Assembly: GCA_044892525.1 (NCBI GenBank)
Contig: CM097887.1
Span: 70,742,001 to 70,806,000 of the forward strand
Length of the DNA stretch: 64,000 nt
Origin: Schmidtea polychroa
Taxonomy: Eukaryota
Direction: 5' to 3'
The notes under the pieces were generated by a model, which did not search any database, was not told the DNA's origin, and saw only the letters and a program-made list of their open reading frames with translations. Positions 14,101 to 27,300 of this stretch are shown here, piece after piece (position 1 is the first letter of the stretch; every line of letters begins with the position of its first letter). Both the position numbers and the translations under genes were made by a program.

Positions 14101-15689
14101 TTCATGTTGACTAATTAAAAATTTAAAGTTTTAATGGTGATAAATTTAATTGATAAATTAGTTGTATTTTATTGAATAGTTTTTAAATTTTAAATTAATT
14201 TCATTGACAATTAGGTTAACAATTAAGTGATAAAATAAATTTTTGATCATATCTTTGTAATATATTTGACTAAATAATGTTTTCAATAATTTTCTAAGAT
14301 TATTTCCATTTATATTTGATGAACTTTAAAAAACATAAGCTAAGAAACCAGTTAACTTTATCAAGGACTTTAAATTTTCTTGATAATTATTGTAGGATAT
14401 ACAGAAATTTAGTTTGCTGTTATTGCTTGAAAATGATTGGTTGAATAGCTGAAGAATTATGATCAAACAATATATATCATCTCCAGTTAGGTATTTGATG
14501 GTAAATATTTGTAGAAAATTTTAGCGAATTTTGATCTTTTAGTGGGCTCTTATTATTTATCTTCTAAATTATTTCAATGGAAGAATGTCTGGTTCTATAA
14601 CAATTAATTAAAAGTCATATTTTTGAAGTTCTCTGAGGATTTTAAGAGGATTGATATATATTAAAGGGCTCAAGTGGGTGGAATCTTTAGGGAAATTAAG
14701 GGATATAATCGGATAGATGTTTAAAAGGGTAGAAATATTTGCTGAGAGATCGGATAAGATGGGATATTGTCGGTTAGATTTAATGAGAAATCGGTTAAGA
14801 TGGGAAAATATGATCTTTTGAGGGGATATAGTCGGTTAAATTTAATGAAGGATGGGTTAAGATGTGTTGGGCTGAAACCGAGAACTGAGAGTTTGTTTTA
14901 ATCGATCGAAAATACCTAACACAAAAACCGCAAAGTTGAAAAATTTATGATCAAGGTTTAATATAAAATAAATAAAATAAGTTACATCATTACACATATC
15001 AATAAATCCCGTATAATAGAATAAAGAGATAAATAAATTTAACAAAAAAAAATTCAACACTTAAAAATGTCGATAGAAAATTAATAATTTTTTTGTATTG
15101 AAATTCCCAGGACCATCGAGACCCCCTCACTATAGTGTGATAAAAAAAAATTTGTACTAAAAATCCCTGAAAGCAAAAAAATATGAGTTGGAACAATTGC
15201 GTAATAAAAAGTTGGAATAATTGTTCCAGCGGGCCACTAACTACCTACTATCTCTATTATTCGACATTTGTTGTTACTTCATCTTCTGTCAATTCATTAA
15301 ATAATCTTTTTTTTCTAATTTTTAATCTCAGGAAAATTGAAATATTCTTCGCCTTATTCAAGAAATCATCAAATTGGGACCATGTTTCATTTTTAATTTT
15401 ATTTATTAAATTGAAGGATGAATCAAGTACAATTATTTTTTGCAATAAATTGTTAATATAAAATCTTTTTAATTAATTTGCGATTTTATATCTACTTTAA
15501 TTTTTTAAGCACTTCATTACCTAATGTGATAACAAATTCTTCCTGAGATCTATGTGACAAATGATGAACGAATTTTTTTCTACATTTTTTATTCTATATA
15601 TGTTAAGCGCTCAAAACCTTTCCGGCCTACTCCAGTTAAAAAAAATGCATACTAACAGACAACAATTTTTTTCATTAGTATAACATCAC

Positions 15690-15870
15690 TACTTGTCAAA
15701 CCAATTGCCATTTGAGTCCAAATATTTTCCCCAGCGTATATGTAGGGTCTCAAATGCAACATGGTAAAATGAGGGTGGAAACTTTTCAAAAATATTTTGG
15801 ATATCCTCCTGTAAACTGTCCTCATCCACGAATTTTTTTCCTATGAGCCTCTTTTGTGTGTGTTTTGTAT
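15690..15870 (-). pseudogene. mariner transposase C-terminal fragment
   Basis: Minus strand LIGKKFVDEDSLQEDIQNIFEKFPPSFYHVAFETLHIRWGKYLDSNGNWFDK* fits the mariner C-terminal pattern L.GKRF...FY..GI..L..RW.K.I...G.YF. Confidence 0.65.
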
Positions 15871-16713
15871 CTGTGATATATATAATCTAATTTTTTACGG
15901 TTAACGTTTTGAAGAAATAGACTAGAACTGAGTTTGAACAATAATTTTGGTCAATGGGATTCGCATCAGGGTAACACTGACAGGGTGTGCAATACAATAA
16001 TTTGCAAGGAAAATGGTTTATTAGTACTTACCGTTTGAATTGGTACAATGAATTTCTCTAAATATCATTGCCCATCATGTCTTCAAACCTAGATATCTGA
16101 GGTTCCGATTATTAATTTATTTTCATCACTGAAAATAGTGTTACTGCAATCATCTGCAGCCACAATTAAATCAATGACGTTTATAGCATCTTTTACAGTT
16201 CGGATGATATAATTATAATTCAATTCATTGTTTATGGAGGTAGTAATTTTAAGAGGTTGTTGGCTGTTGATATATTAATGTGTCACATCACGATAATTCT
16301 AGTGTTTCTTACAAGGATATTTGGCTTTTTGTCACTGATCGAAGTTTTTTTTATCAACAAAAGAGTTTAACCATAGTATATGGACGAAACATTCAGCCCT
16401 AAATGTAGTTTTTCATTCGAAATCAGTAAATAACGTATCCAGTCCTTATCTAAAAGGACTACAAATTTTCTAAAAATTATAATTTGGATATTTTACGTTA
16501 GAATTTGTATGAAGGGGATCATTACATATTTAATAGCGCATCTTTATAATAGAATGAAACCGGAAACTGATTATTACTTTTTATTTCAATTGGAAGGATC
16601 AATTTGAGATTTCCTCTTATCATTTTCCAATTATTGTAATAAAAATTATATTGTTTTTTTCCATCCATTACTAATTTTGATTTTATTTGGTAATATCCGG
16701 TGATTATTTCTAG

Positions 16714-18667
16714 GAATTTTGGGTGCAAAACTTTACTATGATTTACGCAATACCTTGCAAAACAATCAGATCGGCGAAGAATGCCGGAAAATTCACCGTC
16801 ATTTCATGTATTCTAGCTTAGGAGTTGTCCTCGGGGCTATTCTTGCTGCTCCTTCTCGGTTCGCTGGAAGGTAATAACATTTGATTTGCTTATTTGTATT
16901 TTTTGCAGTATTTTAAAATTTAAACTATCCTGATTCAATCTCGATGATGTAATAATGGTAATACTCGTGCTTTAGAGTAATTAAATATTACGCAATAATT
17001 GAGTGTCGTTTTAAGATGGCTTTTCGGAGATTTCCTATGCCAATTTTATGCCTTTGAAGGCTTTGTTTTCGGTATTTCGAATATTAATATTATCGTTGCA
17101 ATTGCTATAGAACGATACTACTCTACAAGAAAGAGTAAAAAATTTTCAATAAATTTGTATTTATAAATTTATTTTATTAGTTCAATTACCGTGGAATATT
17201 AATCACATTCTTTATGTTTGCTGGATAGTGGGACTTTTCTGGTCATTACTGCCATTATTTGGATTTGGCAGGTTATNNNNNNNNNNNNNNNNNNNNNNNN
17301 NNNNNNNNNNNNNNNNNNNNNNNNNNNNNNNNNNNNNNNNNNNNNNNNNNNNNNNNNNNNNNNNNNNNNNNNNNNNNNNNNNNNNNNNNNNNNNNNNNNN
17401 NNNNNNNNNNNNNNNNNNNNNNNNNNNNNNNNNNNNNNNNNNNNNNNNNNNNNNNNNNNNNNNNNNNNNNNNNNNNNNNNNNNNNNNNNNNNNNNNNNNN
17501 NNNNNNNNNNNNNNNNNNNNNNNNNNNNNNNNNNNNNNNNNNNNNNNNNNNNNNNNNNNNNNNNNNNNNNNNNNNNNNNNNNNNNNNNNNNNNNNNNNNN
17601 NNNNNNNNNNNNNNNNNNNNNNNNNNNNNNNNNNNNNNNNNNNNNNNNNNNNNNNNNNNNNNNNNNNNNNNNNNNNNNNNNNNNNNNNNNNNNNNNNNNN
17701 NNNNNNNNNNNNNNNNNNNNNNNNNNNNNNNNNNNNNNNNNNNNNNNNNNNNNNNNNNNNNNNNNNNNNNNNNNNNNNNNNNNNNNNNNNNNNNNNNNNN
17801 NNNNNNNNNNNNNNNNNNNNNNNNNNNNNNNNNNNNNNNNNNNNNNNNNNNNNNNNNNNNNNNNNNNNNNNNNNNNNNNNNNNNNNNNNNNNNNNNNNNN
17901 NNNNNNNNNNNNNNNNNNNNNNNNNNNNNNNNNNNNNNNNNNNNNNNNNNNNNNNNNNNNNNNNNNNNNNNNNNNNNNNNNNNNNNNNNNNNNNNNNNNN
18001 NNNNNNNNNNNNNNNNNNNNNNNNNNNNNNNNNNNNNNNNNNNNNNNNNNNNNNNNNNNNNNNNNNNNNNNNNNNNNNNNNNNNNNNNNNNNNNNNNNNN
18101 NNNNNNNNNNNNNNNNNNNNNNNNNNNNNNNNNNNNNNNNNNNNNNNNNNNNNNNNNNNNNNNNNNNNNNNNNNNNNNNNNNNNNNNNNNNNNNNNNNNN
18201 NNNNNNNNNNNNNNNNNNNNNNNNNNNNNNNNNNNNNNNNNNNNNNNNNGTTGGAACTCCATCAAACGTCTTGCACGATAAAGATATTTGACTTGTCACA
18301 TAATCATCAATTGTATATGGGGGGTCTCATTATTGTCGGATTTTTATTGCCGGTTTCTATTGGTATAATGTTTCATTTGTTTACACTGAGTCTAGAAAAT
18401 AGGAAAACTGAGAAAATCAATTCGTTCGAAAAAATAATGAATAATGTAATGAAAATTTCAACTATTTATTTATTTATTTATTGTTAGGTTTCACGTAAAC
18501 TATTTTTGGCCGATCTATTTTCCTGGTGTGGATATTTGATATTGTGTTTGATAGGATTGGTTTCTAATCAAGATTCTCACTGGGCAATAATACTTTCCTC
18601 TCTGTCACCTTTACTTACAAAATTCGGAATCGCCCTTTTACCAATGCTTTATTGGTCTGTGAAATAA
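16714..18667 (+). CDS. Retinochrome-type opsin (photoisomerase), multi-exon; first exon not located
   Basis: Exons 16714-16870, 17016-17134, 17181-17271, (gap)18250-18445 and 18488-18667 have GT-AG borders, and phases are compatible wherever both borders are visible. Translation includes SRFAGRWLFGDFLCQFYAFEGFVFG, AIERY, WSLLPLFGFG, LELHQTSCTI, FSWCGY and SPLLTKFGIALLPMLY. The Schiff-base Lys codon is at 18620-18622. These match squid retinochrome motifs as recalled (LEVHGTSCTI, SWSGF, PPIMSKTGCALFP). Confidence 0.88.
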
Positions 18668-19659
18668 TGAAAATTCATTGAATTATCAATTTGTACACAA
18701 ATCTATGATTACTGCACTTCATTGAATTAATTACTAATATAATGCATGTTTTTAATTGAGATTTTTGGATTTATTGTTTCATATTGGTCATTATATCTGG
18801 GTACAGTCTTTGTAATAAGTGGATGGATATGTCCCATCCACACCACTACCCCTCCCCACAAGGCCAACTCGGAATTTTTTAACGGTCACGAAAATATATA
18901 GTCTTTATAAAGAAAAAAATGTATAGTTTCCATGGGAATGAGCTCTAAAGTCTCTAAATTTACGCCATAATTTAACAACTTCTATATATTATGATAACCA
19001 CACAGTCTTATATTATATAATTAAAATGGTATACTTCAACACACGACGAGACAGTGAATAACATCAACATCACATGCCTTAATTTAACATCATTCATATA
19101 TTATCAAACATAGAAAATCTTATATTATAGAAACAAAATCATATTTTTCAACACATGGTGGGACAATGAACAAATGCTTTAACAAAATACTTAGAAAATT
19201 TTCTTTTTAATATGAAAGTACTTTAAAGTGAAGGTCACACCACTTGACTTAGAAAAATTTGGGGAAAAAATGCCTGGATAAATTTTGAAAAGTTTCAACT
19301 CACATCACTTAGAAATTTGTATGTGAAAATACTTGGAAAAAATCAACAAATTACTAGAAAAAATCACACAAGTATAGGATATTTACAAAATATTTCCAAC
19401 TCAAAAAATCCCCAAAATAAATTTCCCTAATCAAAATTTTCCCAAATTTTAAAAAGGTCCAAGTCTAAATTTTAAATTTAATTTTTTAAATCAAACACAA
19501 AACATACATGTCTAAGTTATTCAAATATAAAGATTAAAATCACCAACCAACACATACGCACGCCGGGGCCGGTGCGGTAGTTTGTAAATTAAAATAATAA
19601 ATAAAAATTAAAGATTGAAAAATATTTTTTAAAAATAAATTAAACAAATGTTCTAATGC

Positions 19660-22600
19660 AGTGATTTCCCAGATAGCATGGTATCAAAATCTAACACGCT
19701 TAAACCGTGTTATTCATGCGCAGACAAAAATGCGGCCAACTGCAAATTGAGAAAGGAGAATCGTCTACTCGGGGAGAAGATCAACCGTTTGGAGGGTACG
19801 TGGTCCTCCCCCCCCACGATGAAAGAGAAGAACATGCAATTATTCCGATTTGAGCACGGTAGAGACAGTCTTATAACCGAAAATCAGGCGCAGTGAACTC
19901 TGGTACAGGAGCTGTCTCTGGCCCTATACCAGGTATATACGGCCAAGGAGTTGGCTACTCGAGTCTCCGGGCATAGGTCCGGGAATGGAGACACTGTCAT
20001 TCCCGCACATTATTTGATGACAGGACCTCTAATTTCACCTTAGTGTAGTGGGTATTCCTCTTCGATGGCCGCTACTCTCGCTCCAACCTTAGGCCTGGCG
20101 AACCCACTACCGGTAGCTGCTTAGTTAAATGATCTCAGCGCTCCTACTCCCGTTCAAATCGTCACTAAGCCAAAAAATATATCGGAGGCAGAACGAAATC
20201 CCAAGAAAGGAGCCAGGAAGGTAGCCGCTCTGACCCAGGTGTAATCAGTTGGTGAGCCTCCTCAACTCATAGTGGAGATGTCCGAGGAGGCGGAACCTCT
20301 CCTTCTGAAGAATGAATTGGAAATCGACGCTCTTTTAGCTTTTATTGAGAGGAATGGGTGGTAGGTACTGGCCATTCTTAGTTTTTAGAGGAGACCTCTA
20401 TTTTATACTCATTAATGTTTTGTTGTTCGTCATTGTATGACGTAATTTACTAAATTGATGTTGTTGTTTTTCGTGTTTTTATCTCTTTATTGTGGATGCG
20501 ATGTTGCCATCCGGGGTATGCCGAGAAAATAGAAGGGGAACAAAGAGCGCCTTCCCCACCGATACCGAGAAAGGCAGTGAAACCGGATAAAGTTCTTGGG
20601 GATAAACGATAGTGATCTACAAACGTAAGCCCTTTTAACGACAGTTCAGAACCTGCACGAAACATAAAGGGGAATAGTCATAAGGCAGTAGCTCACCTGC
20701 CCATTATTTTCACCGACAATATGATAATCGTCAAGGGCAATTGATCAGATTTTTCAAATCATGAGCATTCAAACACTGAAGCCACAACCGCCATTTCTGT
20801 TTCACATCGACCTAAAAGTCAACATGATTTTTGGGGACTCAGTCGGGATTTCATTTATTATTGACGGAAAACCCGGTTCACAGAGATCTGGAATTTTATT
20901 ATTTTTTTCGATAATTAATTTAAATTAATATACAACATTATAATAACAGTAATGAAAAAGAAAAATAATTAAGTAATTAAAGTAATTATGGGTTATTTAT
21001 AATATGTGATTGGGGTATGGGATGTATGGTAAAGAGTAATTAATTAAAACAATCAATATTAGAGTATTAATACTGTATGAGACAATAAGGAGAATTGAGG
21101 AGAATAATATATAGGATATATAAGTAAATAAAATATATAGAAGTAAAACAATGTATTAAAATAAAACAAACACAACAAAAACTGAAAATAGAAATATTGT
21201 GGAAGTAATAAAAGTGAATTGAGTAATAATCTGCCAAAACACATTAAAGATAGATATTTAAAAGTCATTAAACTTTATAGATAAGATGCAAGATTTCAAA
21301 GAGAAACTTCAAAGAATACGATAAATCGCAGAAATAGACAACGACTGACTACCAACATTAATAGAGAAATACAAAATAATCGAAAGTATCAAGAAACAAT
21401 TACTCGCTGACCCACCACAAATCCCGATGCGCACTCGACTCACAATAGGCATTAGTCAAGATAAACCCGACATAGACATCGCTACAGTATATCTGTTTCG
21501 GCCGATTTCGTTTTTTGTCGTGTCTGTATGCGCGTGGATGTTGGAATTGTTTTCGTGTTGGTGTGGCACACAGACGCGAGGAATTGGTACGTTTTATTTT
21601 TATTGTAATTGATTTTGATTGTTGTTTTTTCTTGAAAATTGTAGAATTAGTTTTTTTGTTTAAAAGAGTTGCTTTATCATGGAATTTTGAAATTGGAATC
21701 GTCAAAAGGAAATGGAACATTTGGGCTTGAATTCGATCGAATCACTTATACAGATTGCAATCAACCCAATCTATCCAAACAGTCTTCTTTCTGCATAAAG
21801 GGATAAATGAATGATTATTTCGGATGAATTTGAAAGTGATGTTGTTATGTCAAGTGATGATCAATTTGCATTGTCTGGATGATCGGACGGGACTTTAATG
21901 TTATGGAATTTATCTGAAGGAAGAATTTATGTGCGTTAGAAATATATGAGATTATTAAAAAAATTATCTTCACGCCAAACGTATATTGGCTATGTGTTGC
22001 AACTGGATCGTCTATCCATATTTGGGAGTCGGAAAATAAAGTTTCGGTTGGAGATTTGAATTATAAACAATTATTCAACGATTCTGTTATTGGAATACAG
22101 TTTTCTATAGATGATTTGATTGAAATTAAAGTTTCCAACGTTTTTCGTTCTTGTAACTCTTTTCAATATCAATGGTACCGAGAACGACTGCATAACTCAG
22201 AAACGAACATCAAATACGCAAATATCGAAAATCTGATAGACCTGCTACCAGACGCAGTAATAACAAACTTAAATCAAAGAGCAAAAACAGTAAAAACCTG
22301 CAACCCCTGCAAAATATAAACAGTAAAAATATTACTTTAGCCACGTGGGCAAATCAGCTTCTGTGGAGACTGCGCCAAAGAATAAAAGAACTGTCTGATA
22401 TGTAAATGTAGAATTGAGGAGAGACGCGTTGTCTATTTCGATTAATGAACTTTTAATAAACAATACGAGCAAAGACTCGGTTTATGTCGAACTTTTAGTA
22501 AAATTATATAAAGTAGTAATTGTCTTATTGTTGAATTTCAATTTTGTTTAGATACTGGCATTTAATTTATATAAATTTTATTTTTGATTTTATTTTTGTT

Positions 22601-22900
22601 TTTATCAAATGAGAAGAACGTACAAAATAATAAAATGAAATAGTCACAATATAAAAATAAATAGGAAAAATTGTATTAAATGAGCCACCTTCCGGGGTAC
22701 GTGGTATTAAAAACCCAATTGGGAGGGGATAACTGATCAACCCGAACGAGAAATGGAGTACGGGTACCATCGCAGATGCTGAAAATTTACTGTGGTATGC
22801 GGCAATGGATCAGCGCGATCGTTGTGCATTTTGAACAAGAGGGGAAAGAGGAAACACTCCCAAGCGGAAAGGAAAATGCATGTCAAAGTGCACTAAGGTA
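19660..22900 (+). mobile_element. Decayed, diverged relative of the giant LTR element (3' part of LTR, PBS, 5' leader)
   Basis: ORF 19678-19896 aligns with LTR ORF 27254 (PCxSCxDKNA, LEGTW). LTR end CAACA at 20824 is followed by TGATTTT and PBS TGGGGACTCAGTCGGGAT. RING-ORF remnants lie at 21286-21430 and 22170-22445. A conserved leader block lies at 22680-22870. Confidence 0.85.
21745..22060 (+). pseudogene. RACK1: RACK1 (GNB2L1) gene fragments
   Basis: IQIAINPIYPNSLLSA*RDK, SDVVMSSDDQFALSG*SDGTLMLWNLSEG and FTPNVYWLCVATGSSIHIWE correspond to RACK1 segments [36 protein letters not shown] / MLWDLNEG and [20 protein letters not shown]. Stops and large deletions are present. Confidence 0.85.
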
Positions 22901-23049
22901 AAAGAGAATTAAAGACAGCAGAAGTGTAAACACCAAAAATATTAACGATAGATATATATGATAAAGTATAAAGATTAGATAGGTTCAGTTCAAAAGTTTA
23001 AAACCGAGTAATTTCCGCTAGTTAAGAAAATAAAGGTTGAGATAGCGAA

Positions 23050-23483
23050 AGTGCCATCCAAGCATGCACCGCCAGGAATACTGGCGACTAGTATTAAAGA
23101 TTGAGATAGGAAAAGCGCCGTCCAATCATGTAAACCTAAGAAAGCCAGATAGAAATTCAAGACCATTGTAAACTGTCCTATCCGTCCTTTCCGTCCTATC
23201 ATCAATATCCCTCTTGCAGTTAACCAATTGTGCGCCCATGGCACTTCCTTTGCTTCTTTTAGACCCCTGTCGTCTAACATACATATAGGGCCATAGCAGT
23301 GGCTTCATAAAATTCCTTCTTGGTGGTGATTGGCGTCTTGTAAGTGAAACGGTTTGTCTCTGTGCCTTTACAGCTTCGTTCTCGGCCAATGATCTTATCC
23401 CCTCATTGCTGCACTCTTCAATTTTACTTAATCTATCACGTTTCGCAAATATTACCTCTGTCAACAGGACTGGCACTCCCAGC
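23050..23483 (-). mobile_element. R2/NeSL-like non-LTR retrotransposon fragment, downstream part
   Basis: Continues the 55573-55695 fragment across the hAT TSD: GLGVPVLLTEVIFAKRDRL, then LDDRGLKEAKEVPWAHNWL, resembling the R2 post-RT region. Confidence 0.65.
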
Positions 23484-23779
23484 TAGTGTTGGGAAAGCCG
23501 GGATCCCGGTATTTGGAACAATATATAGTTGCCGAAATACCGGTATTGAAAAGGTCGGATACCGGTATTTCGGTATTCGAAATAATTTCACCATTCGAAA
23601 TAATTTCACCAATATTATGTGATATAATTTCACCAATATAATGTTTTTTATGGTTTTTTACTACAAAAAAAATATTTGCATTATTATTTTTTAATGCGAA
23701 AAAACAGCAATCTAGTATTATATGAAAAGTTTAAAAGTTTAACTGTTTAAAAATATTTGCATTATTATTTCTTCGCCTA

Positions 23780-24381
23780 CAAAAAATGTCAAAGTCCTAC
23801 AAAAATATATAAAAGAAGAGTTCGGGAAAGAATTTTCTCTGGTTTTAGACTCAAGAACACGATGGAATAGTTTGGTGTCTATGATAGAACATTTCATCAA
23901 ATTAAAAAATTGCATCAAAAAGAGTCTAATAGATTTAAAATCACCTATTTTGTTTTCAGATGCCGAGTTTGAAATGTTGTCGGATATCCTTTCAGTTTTA
24001 CTTCCCATTAAGCTTACAGTTGAAGCAATCTGTCGACAGGATGCAACTTTGTTATCTGCAGATACTGCTATTCAATTTATGATGAAATCAATAACTGACC
24101 ATCCATGTTCATTAGGTTATGAATTGAAAGCAGCTTTAAAAGTACGTATTCTTGAAAGACGAACAGAAATTTCAAGTATTTTGCAATATTTACATGATGC
24201 AAACTGCAATAAAAATCCAAGCGATGATGAAGCCGATAAAGATTATGAATTATTTCCGATCATTACCAAAGCTGCAATCGCAAAAATTATTGTTCTACAG
24301 ATACAACGTCTGGGTGTGGCCAACTTGCATTATGAAACTGCACCTGTAGCAACAACATCTACTTCAGCCAATGTTTCAAAT
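23780..24381 (+). pseudogene. hAT transposase, left fragment
   Basis: LDSRTRWNSLVSMIEHF...LLPIKLTVEAICRQDATL. The frame resumes at 54926 when the LTR element and one TSD copy are removed (ANVSN-SDINIIF). Confidence 0.85.
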
Positions 24382-27300
24382 TGTTGGGCTGAGTCGGAAA
24401 TTTAATCGTTGAAAAATAAGAAAGTAGGGAAGTAGAACATTAAGAAAAATAATAATAAAATAAATAAAATCAGAAATAAAATAGAATAAGATATAAGGAA
24501 GATAATAATTAAGACATAAGAATTAAAACAAAAAATAAAATTAAGAAAAGATTAAAATAGAACAAGTTGACAAATAAATAAAGAGGAATTCAAGAAATAA
24601 TAAGGAAATTAAGGAAATAAATAGAAAAACATATTAAAAATAAAGAAAATAAGGAAAAAACAACCTAAAAACAAGAAAATTATATTAAATTAATAGAAAT
24701 AAGCGGTACTCAACTCTGATTGGTCCGCACGAATAAGAATTTGATATATATACAACTACCAAAAACATTAAATTTACTGTTAACCCCGAGCATTTCATAG
24801 GTAAGAAAAATGTTTACTGTTTTTACTGTTAACCCCGAGCATTTCATAGACATCTACAACTCACGGAGACTTATTTCAAGGATCAGCAATACAAGTAGAG
24901 CAACAGTTAATTCGAAAAACTTCACAGCAATTCGAACTCAGTCACAGCAATCGACATTCGACGAACTATCATCAGACTAATTTGGAACGACTAACGTTAA
25001 TTTTCCGATTCAGCCTAATTCCATAGTAAGGGATTTTTATTTATGATATTGTTTTTCGAAGTTAATAGTAAATATGTATATTTAATGAGCAATTAAACTT
25101 TTAAATTTAACCAGACTCTCTTTTCATTTGATCCTGAATAACGATTTTGATAAAGTAAATAATTTAAATGTTTAAAAGTATTTATTGGTAACAGGTGAAC
25201 TCTTACATAATTTTTATGGATATTTATTTTGAAGTGATAGTTTTATGATTTCTAATATTAACGAGAAACGTGGCGTTGAGATACTCCATGTCATGGTGTG
25301 AGGTGCCTTCGGGAGCTCAGCCGGTGGACATGGAGTATTTCAATCACGCAGCTAGATTGGGCCGAAATGTGAAGGCTTCTTCACGGGTCCAATTGCTGAA
25401 GGACTTAAAATCTGTCAGAGTACCGAAATATAGACCGAAAGGAAACCTTCTGAAATTTTCGAAAATAGGATATGTGCTTCACAGCGACTGAGGGAGTTCT
25501 CATATTAACTCTGTATTGTCCAGAGTCGTCTTACAAGACATTCATGCCACTTCTGTCTATAAATCCGAACTTACCATGTGGGGGAAAATACCATTAAACA
25601 TCCATCGCTGGTTTTCTAACATATCGAGAAGTTGAAATTGCATTCGGTAGATTTTTGAAAAAGTAACTCTAATTTAGGTCATCTCTTTCAGATGCGACAT
25701 CCAAATCCTAGCATATGATGAGGAATTTACAATAAGGGAAAAATAAAACATAAAACCACAATAATACTGTATTCAATCACATATATTAACAAAATCTGGT
25801 AATACCCATCGAATAATGTTCATGCTGTTGCGTCGAAATATCCACTACTGAAATATGCTTCATAGAGTCTAGTTGGCTGGTTCGTAGAGATCTCCCATCG
25901 TTCAAAAACATCCAATATTGAGGAAATTACGAGTCGTAGTAAATAAATCCAACATCATAAGCTCAGATGGGAATCGACACGCGATGTAACATTTGCAGTT
26001 CGCTCAGTACGGTTGATAGTTACAGCTAGAATTTCCATCGAACAGGCACCCATACATACAGACATACTGCTAACATAACTATGAGTAGCGTCATCCGGTC
26101 AGAAATATGCATGAGAAACAGCAGAATCATTCCGAATGCCTCTCACCGCAGGGAATGCCGCCATGTGTCACCCTCTCTAGGATTCTTAGTGTGTGAGTAG
26201 TAATCAGTGGTCATATTAGATAATGCTGACATGAGATGTGACTTCCAGATGACTGACTCTTAAATTTCACTACTGATAAAGGTCATTCGTACCACTAAAA
26301 AGATAAGCCAAAATAACCAGTAACCGACTACTAAGATAAGAGACTCTCTAAAGTGCACTCATTAAAGATAATTTTGCTTAAATTAAATATTCTAAATAAA
26401 AATCGAAATTGTTGAAGGGGTATTTTAATTAATAACCGAAAATTCAAACCAAACTTTATAACTAAACCATAGGAAGTTTCACCTAAGTGTTGTAGAGGTT
26501 TATCGTAATTCTGATTAGATGTTACAAATAATAGTAGTAGCCTTTGAGCCAAATGTAAATTAACTAAAGCATCCACAGGAATTTTTGGGTTATAAAATAG
26601 CTAGTAATATTGTATTTAAATTTCTCATATTCCATGTAAACTACGTATCGCAATAGAAAACTAAATCCGATAACAAATTATTATGTAATTACAATGTTTT
26701 TACGATGCCATATTTCTACGACGATATCACCGTATGGTATGGATAAGGGGTGATCATAAAATAGTGACGTATAGTTTATACGAAGTTACGAGTTGTTACT
26801 TATTCCGCTACTTGAGGTAAGGGTGCAAGTTTTTACTAGTTGCATTTGGTCCAAAAACCTTATTTTGCATTAGAATAACAACAAATAATCAGCGAAATTT
26901 AAACGAAGTGTAGTATAGGGTATTTGTAATGAAATAGGTTTATTCACTCCGGCATGAACAAATCCGTAAATTGCCTTTATGTGCGATAGATAGAAATCCA
27001 ACTCGAACGCGATAGACGAAAATTAAAATTTTTACAAATAATTTGCATTCGTCAGGGAAGCAATCAGGGCGTTGAGGAATAATTTTTGTAAAGGATACGT
27101 AAAATATTAGTAATCAAGGGTGAAGGGAGGGATCCTGTTTCATCGACTCGTCTTGTTTTCTTCCAGCACTAAGTATCCAATAGCGAATAAACCGTATATC
27201 TGATCCGAAATTTTTGGATATAGTCATCATAGTTTTCTTCTTTAGCCATCCATATGTTATCAAACCACAAATCAGCTCTACGTCCCTGCTTCTCCTGCTC

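Noticed and set aside
14865-14875. TGTTGGGCTGA identical to the LTR start
   Set aside because: Similarity stops after 11 nt and no matching LTR end could be linked.
16502-16549. NLYEGDHYIF as a possible first retinochrome exon
   Set aside because: It resembles the retinochrome N-terminus but hits TAA with no GT donor, so it cannot be joined.
17199-18487. Long ORFs of 330-419 aa, and similar ORFs at 5450-5791 and 61117-61383
   Set aside because: They are runs of N. Only the flanks at 17181-17271 and 18250-18445 are real exons.
18981-19580. Possible non-autonomous Helitron (TCTATATA start, GC hairpin near 19557-19575)
   Set aside because: The end is GTAG rather than CTRR and the 5' flank is not A; evidence is too weak.
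25270-26576. Short ORFs duplicated in both LTRs (MALRYSM..., MDALVNL...)
   Set aside because: They have non-ATG or weak starts and no motifs. Their identity simply reflects LTR duplication.
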